The notes under the pieces: generated by a model | What the model saw: the letters and a program-made list of their open reading frames with translations, nothing else | Told to the model about the DNA's origin: nothing | Databases searched by the model: none | Shown here: piece after piece, positions 57,648 to 64,000 of the stretch | Layout of the letters: each line of letters starts with the position of its first letter | Position numbering within the stretch: the stretch's first letter is position 1 | Source: Vulcanimicrobiota bacterium | GTDB taxonomy: Bacteria; Vulcanimicrobiota; Vulcanimicrobiia; Vulcanimicrobiales; Vulcanimicrobiaceae | NCBI GenBank assembly: GCA_963786105.1 | Contig: CAWAXX010000008.1 | Span: 1 to 64,000, forward strand | Length of the DNA stretch: 64,000 nt | Direction: 5' to 3' | Made by a program: the position numbers and the translations under genes

Positions 57648-58964
57648 GTGCTCTTCCGCAGACTCAACTGGAATATCGTCGGATGGTTCCGCGTCGTATC
57701 GACGATCTCGTATCTCGTCATCGCGCTCGGCTTCGGTTCGATGATCTATCATGGATTCCAAGGCGGCCAAGGCTTCCAGCCGTCACACATGCTGCGGCTC
57801 GGACTCTCGTTTACCGGCGGGACGGACATCGCGGTGAAATTCACCAAGCCGACCACCGCCGATCAAGTGAAGAACGCGCTCGCAGGCTTGGGATTGAGCG
57901 AAGAGTCGGTTACGACCGCGGGTACCGACGGCACCGGTTTCGTGATTCAGACGCAAACCGCATTCGCCAACGATTCGGCGCCGATGTGGAACGCGCTCAA
58001 TACGGTCGCACCCGTCGACCGATCCGCTTCGTCGATCACGGCGGTTGGCCCGTCGCTCGGCCGCGAATATCTCATCAGGGCGCTGTGGGCGCTGATCATC
58101 GCACTCGGCATCCAGTTTCTCTACATCGCGTTCCGATTCGGCTGGAACTATATCTTCGGCTTGGTGACCGTCATCGCACTCGTGCGCGACGCCGCCATGA
58201 TGATCGGCATCTACGCGCTGGCCGACAAGCGCGCCGACGACGCCTTCTTGGCGGCGGTCTTGACGGTCATCGGGTACTCGGTCATGGATACGATCGTCAT
58301 TCTCGACCGAATACGCGAGAATACGAAGCTCATGGCGGGGTCGCCGTACGACGTGATCGTCAACGAGTCGATCAAGCAGACGATGACGCGCTCGTTCAAC
58401 ACGCTGGCGACCGTCGTGATTACGCTGGTCGCGCTGCTCGCGCTCGGCGGCGCGAGCCTGAAGAACTTTGCCTTTGCGCTGCTGGTCGGAATCGTTTCGG
58501 GCGGCTACCACTCGATTTTCTACTCCGCTCCGCTGGTGCTGCATTTCCGTAAGCGGCAGCTCGAAGCGGCCATGAAACGCCGGCGCGAAGGCCTTGCGTC
58601 GGACCGTACGGCCACCCCGCGCTCGCGCTCGGAGGCCACGGCGCTGCAGAGCCGCGGCGGCGTTCCGCGCGAAGACATCGTAGCCGCGCGGCGCGAACGC
58701 CGTCAAAAAGCCAAATCGGCTCGCACCGTAGCGCCCGCAGCGCCGGCGCGGTATCGGAAGAAGCGAACCGACGTGGCGGGGGCGGTAGCCCTCGAAGACG
58801 TCGATATCGGCGAAACCGAAGCGATCGATCCGCTCGACGCGCAAAACGCCGGATTGCATGAGGCGGCATTTGAACAAGGGCACGAAGAAATCACGCTCAA
58901 CCTCGACGAGTTCGACGAACCGTCCGTCGCCCACGACGGCGGCGAGGAAGAGGCGAAACCCTAA
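57648..58964 (+). CDS. secF: Protein translocase subunit SecF with long charged C-terminal tail
   Basis: LG..FTGG, VGPS.G, LTVIGYS..DTIV..DRIREN, QT.TRS.NT. Confidence 0.93.
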   Translation: MLFRRLNWNIVGWFRVVSTISYLVIALGFGSMIYHGFQGGQGFQPSHMLRLGLSFTGGTDIAVKFTKPTTADQVKNALAGLGLSEESVTTAGTDGTGFVIQTQTAFANDSAPMWNALNTVAPVDRSASSITAVGPSLGREYLIRALWALIIALGIQFLYIAFRFGWNYIFGLVTVIALVRDAAMMIGIYALADKRADDAFLAAVLTVIGYSVMDTIVILDRIRENTKLMAGSPYDVIVNESIKQTMTRSFNTLATVVITLVALLALGGASLKNFAFALLVGIVSGGYHSIFYSAPLVLHFRKRQLEAAMKRRREGLASDRTATPRSRSEATALQSRGGVPREDIVAARRERRQKAKSARTVAPAAPARYRKKRTDVAGAVALEDVDIGETEAIDPLDAQNAGLHEAAFEQGHEEITLNLDEFDEPSVAHDGGEEEAKP

Positions 58965-59034
58965 GGGGCTTCCGCCCGCGACGGCGTCGGAAGCGGCCTT
59001 CGACGCCGCGCTCGCCGAGTTGTTGGGCGGATCC

Positions 59035-60918
59035 GTGCCGCTTGCGGTCGAGCTCGACGCGAAGGACGCGTTCGTCGAGCGCGCGTTCGCCAAGAGCGCC
59101 GAGTATCTGCACGATCGGTACGCGCGCATCGCCGACGCGACTACGTTTCATTCCAAGATTGCGGGCGTTTCGTTTGAAGGACGCCAGGATACCGTCCAGG
59201 GCCTGCGCGTGGGTGCGGAGCTCGACCTGATCCGCGAACCGCACAACGAGCACGACCCCAACGCCATCGCGGTCCGTTACGGCGCGCTGCCGCTCGGGTA
59301 CCTCAAGAAGGGCATAGCCGCCCATCTTGCGCCCCTGATCGACGCCGGCGCGCGCTACCGCGCCCGAATCGCGTCGCTGACGGGCGGCGGAGAAAAACAT
59401 CGCGGCGTCAACATTTTCGTGGAGCGCGATGCCGTCGCCACCATCGCACAACGCGAGCGCGGCCGCGAAGCGCTGCGCCTCGCGTGGGACGGCGACGCCG
59501 AGCGCATCGTGCACGCATTGATCGGAACGTCGCAGCCGCACGAAGCCCAGCGCGACGTACTGGAGCGGGTCGCCGCCGGACGGAACACGCTGGCGGTTTT
59601 GGGGACGGGACGCGGGAAGTCGTTCTGCTTCCAGTTCTCGGCAGCGTTGCGTGCCTTTACCGCGGGCGCGAAGACGCTGGTCGTGTATCCACTGCGCGCG
59701 TTGGCGAACGATCAGTACGAGGCGCTGATGCGCACGCTCGATCCGCTCGGTTTGCGCATCTATCGCGCCAACGGTTCGATCGACAACGAGGAGCGCGAGG
59801 ATCTCTTCGAAGCGCTCCGCGAGGGCGCGTGGGACGTCATGCTGGCTACGCCAGAGTTTCTCGACTTTCACCGCGACGCGTTCGGAGGCAAGAGCCGCCC
59901 GGGTTTCATCGTCGTCGACGAAGCCCACCACGTCCACGAGTCCCGGCACCGGCCGGCTTACGCGCGGTTGAGCGCGACCATTGCCGCCCTGGGAAACCCG
60001 CAGATCCTGGCGCTTACCGCGACGGCGGGTGACGGCGCGTTTACCAAAATCGTCTCCGAGCTGCGCGTCGACGCGTGGGTGATCGATCCGACGATCCGTG
60101 AAAACCTTCACGTCGTCGACGCTCGCAATCGCGCCGACAAGGTCGGGTACTTGCGCGAGCTGTTCGCCGTGCGAGGCAAGGGCATCATTTACTGCAACTC
60201 GCGCAAAGATGCCGCCGACGTCGCCGGCGCGCTACGCAAAGCGGCCGGCAACGAGATGATGTTCTACCACGCCGGGATGCCGACCGCCGATCGCCACGAT
60301 GTCGAGCGCTTCTTTCGCGAGGGTTCGCTGCGCGTGGTCGTCGCCACCTCGGCGTTCGGTGAAGGCATCGATCTTCCCGACGTGGAGCACGTCGTGCTCT
60401 ATCATCTGAACTTCGACTTTGCGGAGTTCAACCAGCAAGCCGGCCGCGCCGGCCGCAACGGCGCTCCGGCGCAGATCCATCTGTTGTACGGAGAAAACGA
60501 CCGCCGGCTCAACGACTATCTCATCGACATCGATGCTCCGACCTTACCGGTGCTGCGCGAAGTGTATCGCGGCATGCGGGGGATGGCGCGCGACGGGATC
60601 TTGCGCAGCGCCAATACCGAGATTGCCGAGATCCTCGATCTCGACAAGGTTCGTGACCGGACCGTGGGTGCGGCCTTGCGCATCTTTAGCGATTCGAAAT
60701 TAGTCGAGGTGAGCGAAGACGATGAAGGTCGCTTCATTCGGTTTCTGCCGGTCAGCGGGAAAGTCGACATGCAGGAAAACGAGCGTTTTGCCGAAGGCGA
60801 AGCGATCCGCGAAAGCTTCGACCATTTTTGCACCCTGGCGTTGAGCGCTCCGGCCGAAACGCTCGAGCGCATTATCAACCGGCCGATCTATCCATCCCGC
60901 GTCGACCACCGCCGCTAG
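59035..60918 (+). CDS. HIRAN domain + RecQ-like DEAH helicase; start uncertain
   Basis: HIRAN (K.AGVSFEGRQ, L.REP.N.HD.NAI.V, LGY); helicase GTGRGKS, DEAHH, TAT, YHAG, ATSAFGEGID, QQAGRAGR. Confidence 0.85.
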   Translation: MPLAVELDAKDAFVERAFAKSAEYLHDRYARIADATTFHSKIAGVSFEGRQDTVQGLRVGAELDLIREPHNEHDPNAIAVRYGALPLGYLKKGIAAHLAPLIDAGARYRARIASLTGGGEKHRGVNIFVERDAVATIAQRERGREALRLAWDGDAERIVHALIGTSQPHEAQRDVLERVAAGRNTLAVLGTGRGKSFCFQFSAALRAFTAGAKTLVVYPLRALANDQYEALMRTLDPLGLRIYRANGSIDNEEREDLFEALREGAWDVMLATPEFLDFHRDAFGGKSRPGFIVVDEAHHVHESRHRPAYARLSATIAALGNPQILALTATAGDGAFTKIVSELRVDAWVIDPTIRENLHVVDARNRADKVGYLRELFAVRGKGIIYCNSRKDAADVAGALRKAAGNEMMFYHAGMPTADRHDVERFFREGSLRVVVATSAFGEGIDLPDVEHVVLYHLNFDFAEFNQQAGRAGRNGAPAQIHLLYGENDRRLNDYLIDIDAPTLPVLREVYRGMRGMARDGILRSANTEIAEILDLDKVRDRTVGAALRIFSDSKLVEVSEDDEGRFIRFLPVSGKVDMQENERFAEGEAIRESFDHFCTLALSAPAETLERIINRPIYPSRVDHRR

Positions 60919-60946
60919 TGGCTCCTAGGCGACCGGCACGTCACAT

Positions 60947-60990
60947 AAAAACACGAGCGCCGGGTCGCGTACCCAAGCGCTCGTGGTTTG
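60947..60990. terminator. Bidirectional terminator between convergent genes
   Basis: AAAAA-CACGAGCGC...GCGCTCGTG-GTTT stem with inner GGGT/ACCC. Confidence 0.75.
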
Positions 60991-61004
60991 CTTAGACGCC
61001 GCGG

Positions 61005-62021
61005 TTATTTGTTGACTAAGGGATATCCCGCGATGCCGAGCGGGCTGGTAGTGCCGCTGAGCGTTGAGAACGGTGAGGTCTGCATGCCCTTGTACCCTAC
61101 CACGTTGAGGGCTTGATTCGATTGGAAGTACCTTCCGGAACTTGCGAATCCACCCAGCGTCGGCCCGAAGCTTTCGATGCCGTCGGTGATCGTTGCGGAT
61201 GGACTCGTCGAACCATACGCGTAGACATTCACGTTCGAGGCTGCAAAATTGGAAACGTAGATCACGTTCCTCTTTCCAAACGAAACGCCGATCGGTCCGT
61301 TGAGGCTTGTCAGGCCTGAGTTCTGCACCGTTTGCGATCCGGCAAGTATTTCAAAAACGCCGTTGCTCGAGTCACAAGCGACCCAAATGTTGTCGTTGCT
61401 GTCGACGCCGACGCCGACCGGCTGACCGTAGTTGTTGAAGCTGATGGTCTCGAACGGCGACGTGGCACCGGCCGCGTATCCCGTTATGTTGTTGGTGCCG
61501 AGGTTGCTGACAAAGACGTTACCGCTCGAATCGACCGCAATTCCGTACGGACCGCTGATTCCGGTACTGATCGTCAAACTCGGCGAGCTGGCGCCCGTCG
61601 GGTAGACCGTAACCGTGTTATTCCCTTCGTTGGTGACGTACAGCGCGCCCGATTTGTCGACGGCGACGCCGGCGGGAGCGCTCACGCCGTTGGTGATCGA
61701 TCCCTCGGGGGACGCATTTGGCGTCTTGGGAGAGTACATCAGGACGCCGCTCGAAGCATCGGCGACGAAGAGAATCTGCCGATTCGGCGCGGCGGCCGGC
61801 CAACCGCGCGGAGCGTTGGGTTGGCGCGGAACGAGCGGCACGATCCTCGGGCCGGAAATCGCGGGGCCGGGAAGAACGCGCATTCCCGAGCCAACTTGTC
61901 GCGAAGAAGGCGTAAGGGAACCGGCTTGGCTTGGAGTGAGAGAGGCTGGGTTGCCGGAACATCCGGCGACCAGGGCAGCTGCCACGGCTGCGATCAGCAC
62001 GCGGCTACGGGTTTGGTTCAT
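61005..62021 (-). CDS. Lipoprotein with NHL/beta-propeller repeats
   Basis: GGAGG SD; lipobox LVAGC; repeated P.G.AVD..G.LYV.N...N.V..Y units. Confidence 0.85.
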   Translation of the reverse strand: MNQTRSRVLIAAVAAALVAGCSGNPASLTPSQAGSLTPSSRQVGSGMRVLPGPAISGPRIVPLVPRQPNAPRGWPAAAPNRQILFVADASSGVLMYSPKTPNASPEGSITNGVSAPAGVAVDKSGALYVTNEGNNTVTVYPTGASSPSLTISTGISGPYGIAVDSSGNVFVSNLGTNNITGYAAGATSPFETISFNNYGQPVGVGVDSNDNIWVACDSSNGVFEILAGSQTVQNSGLTSLNGPIGVSFGKRNVIYVSNFAASNVNVYAYGSTSPSATITDGIESFGPTLGGFASSGRYFQSNQALNVVGYKGMQTSPFSTLSGTTSPLGIAGYPLVNK

Positions 62022-62208
62022 CGAACGTACCTCCGAGACGGTGGTGATTGGGCAAGCTATTTTCCGTCATGCAAACGCCGCGTCCTTGGAATCCGGCTAG
62101 CACTTTGGTGTCATTCTGAGCGGTATTACGACGACTCCGCCGGCGTGGCGCTGGCTGCCGAAAGGCCTCGCGCCTCGTTATCATCGGTTCCATGCTCGGG
62201 GGTACATA

Positions 62209-62614
62209 ATGCGGCGCCAGGCTGCTCTCGTCATCGCGATTTTTCGCGCGTCGTCGCAGGGCGTCGTTCTCGTGGAACGGGCCGCGCACTTTCGCGATCA
62301 CCCCGGTCAGATCGGGCTTCCGGGCGGTGGCGTTCACCCCGAAGATGCCAATCTCAAGGCAACGGCGCTGCGGGGCTTCACAAAGAAGTGGGAATCGAGC
62401 CGGCACGCGCTATCGCGCCCGAATCGCGTCCCTGACGGGCGGCGGAGAAAAGCATCAGTCGACATGCAGGAAAACGAGCGTTTTGCCGAAGGCGAAGCGA
62501 TCCGCGAAAGCTTCGATCATGTTTGTTCGCTGGCGTCGAGCGCTCTGGCGGAAACGCTCGAGCGCATCATCAACCGGCCGAATTTATTCATCCCGCGTCG
62601 ACCACCGCCGCTAG
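62209..62614 (+). pseudogene. Chimeric relic: Nudix (CoA pyrophosphatase-like) 5' fragment joined to two fragments duplicated from the helicase gene
   Basis: R..H.R.HPGQI.LPGG and a frameshifted Nudix box; 62399-62456 matches 59344-59401 and 62457-62614 matches 60762-60918. Confidence 0.82.
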
Positions 62615-62716
62615 GGGCCTTCGATTTAGCCCATATCTTTGTCGGCTCGGGGTTCATTTGCCATAGCAAACTTCGCCCCTCGCCTTCTCGATATCGGCTA
62701 AATCGAAATTTCCTAG
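62611..62716. mobile_element. 106-bp palindromic MITE/REPIN-like element, copy 2
   Basis: CTAG at both ends; perfect subterminal inverted repeat TTCGATTTAGCC/GGCTAAATCGAA; central TTTGC-CATA-GCAAA hairpin; same length as 35104-35209. Confidence 0.78.
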
Positions 62717-62744
62717 ATGCGTTGGGCCGGTCGGGCGTACGTGG

Positions 62745-63962
62745 CTAAACGATGGCGCGCGTGAATTTGCCCTGATCGACGTTCCGGTAAAACGCGTTGT
62801 CCGTTTCGCTGATGCCGGCGGAAGCCCACGGGTCGATCTGCGCTCGCTTGACCGGCGCGTGGATCGTGGGACCGGCTGCATCGGAGTAATCGGCTCCGCC
62901 GAACGGTGCGAACGCACTGCTTTCGCGATGGGCGAGCACCAGATCGCGAACCGCGTCGCTTGCCGCTTTGGCATCGCGACGAACGCTCGCATCGAATCGT
63001 CCGTCGCTTGCAATGATATCGTATACGGCGATCGCCGGCCGGTCGGCACGCCATGGCATGTCGACGGTCGCTCCGGGAAATCGCGCCATCCCGTCGACCG
63101 ACCGAAGGTCCTCGCGGACCGCTTTTCGCACACCGGGCTCGCGCATCTGAGCTACAACGTCATCGTTGCACCGTTTGATCGCGACTTCGGCGTGGGCGAT
63201 CTTCTCGGCGCTGAGATCGAGGACGTCGAAGGCCGCTGCCGGACCGTAGCCGCCCAAGCCGCCGGCATCGTATTTCGTGCGCATCACGTCGGCGACGAGT
63301 GCGCGAGCCATCGCGTTCGGATCGCGTTGGTTCGACGCGATGACGTGCGCGACGTCGCTTGGAACGCCGGGTGCCAGCATAGTTTCGGGTGAGGCGGCCA
63401 GCCACCTGACGCCCGCGTGCGAGAGCGCGTCACCGAAACCCAAAGTGTCCATGAGGCATTGATTGGCAACGACGCCGTCGACCCTGCGCACGGCATCTTC
63501 GGGATGGGTCTTCGCGTGCTGCGCAACCCCATCGGAAATCGCTCTTGCGATGTCGGGCATCGTCATGCAATGGCCATCGCTGGTTTGCAAACCGCCGCCA
63601 TCGCCGCCGCCATGGTCGATTAGGTCGATCCAGGCTTGTTTGCTGCCACTGGCCTCGGCGTTGTCGAGCGTACGGGCGACGAATCGCGCCAGATTGCTCT
63701 CGTCACTCATATCGTGGGCCTCGCCGCGCGACACGTGACCGATCGTGCCGCCGGCGATAGTGTACTCGTCCGTGTGCAAGGCGCCACCATGAAGCGACGT
63801 CGTGTCCTCCACGGTGAATTCGACGCGCGCGTCGCGTTGGCTGGTACGCAGCGCCTGCGCGAGCGTCGCCTCTTGGACCGCGTCCAGATTGTTGTCACCG
63901 TCGCGGTAGATGCCAAATTCGAGCGTCCGGCGCGACGGCAACAGGGAAGCGTTTTGCAGCAT
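62745..63962 (-). CDS. Clostripain (peptidase C11)-like cysteine peptidase
   Basis: DGDNNL, DHGGG (catalytic His), NQCLM (catalytic Cys), ASPET motifs; AGGAGG SD. Confidence 0.72.
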   Translation of the reverse strand: MLQNASLLPSRRTLEFGIYRDGDNNLDAVQEATLAQALRTSQRDARVEFTVEDTTSLHGGALHTDEYTIAGGTIGHVSRGEAHDMSDESNLARFVARTLDNAEASGSKQAWIDLIDHGGGDGGGLQTSDGHCMTMPDIARAISDGVAQHAKTHPEDAVRRVDGVVANQCLMDTLGFGDALSHAGVRWLAASPETMLAPGVPSDVAHVIASNQRDPNAMARALVADVMRTKYDAGGLGGYGPAAAFDVLDLSAEKIAHAEVAIKRCNDDVVAQMREPGVRKAVREDLRSVDGMARFPGATVDMPWRADRPAIAVYDIIASDGRFDASVRRDAKAASDAVRDLVLAHRESSAFAPFGGADYSDAAGPTIHAPVKRAQIDPWASAGISETDNAFYRNVDQGKFTRAIV

Positions 63963-64000
63963 GAGGCCTCCTGATCGGGAAAGTCAGGAACCTACTGCGA

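Noticed and set aside
62209..62748. 179-aa ORF as a novel Nudix-helicase protein
   Set aside because: The Nudix box is frameshifted, one helicase fragment is read out of frame, and the end runs through the repeat element.
1..64000. tRNA, rRNA, integrase, transposase or prophage genes
   Set aside because: None recognised by eye; intergenic gaps are short and accounted for. tRNAscan-SE and Rfam would be needed to exclude small RNAs.

Overview
High-GC bacterial chromosomal window. The combination of Firmicutes/Actinobacteria-type SOS boxes, a TonB-dependent outer-membrane receptor and NHL-repeat lipoproteins suggests a diderm Terrabacteria lineage; Eremiobacterota/Vulcanimicrobiota is my inference, not established. 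In order: ECF sigma factor (partial); a surface-glycan locus (rfbC, flippase, rfbD, gmd, rmd-like) with lysine 5,6-aminomutase kamDE embedded; CDF transporter; thiolase/hbd/acyl-CoA dehydrogenase/sucCD; TonB-dependent receptor and secreted proteins; a lexA/LysM divergon with two SOS boxes; orphan PTS EIIC; panC-coaBC-coaX; dus; an aminotransferase + SRPBCC + acyl-ACP-reductase-like operon (candidate fatty-amine pathway); greA-lysS; an unlisted 52-aa metallothionein; truA, MarR, rplM-rpsI; a 14-kb reduced flagellar-type type III export cluster; secDF; a HIRAN-RecQ-like helicase and a decayed partial copy of it; a clostripain-like peptidase. The strongest novelty candidate is the export cluster (42014-55774): intact export gate and ATPase, but miniature rod subunits, FliF fused to only a FliG middle-domain-like segment, FliM without the CheY-binding peptide, and no motor, filament or chemotaxis genes in the window. 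Two 106-bp CTAG-bounded palindromic elements and a 111-bp-period tandem repeat are also present. About 20 frameshifts, all +1 and all between positions 1 and 34.2 kb, are most likely sequencing errors. Product calls rest on motif recognition only; no database searches were run.
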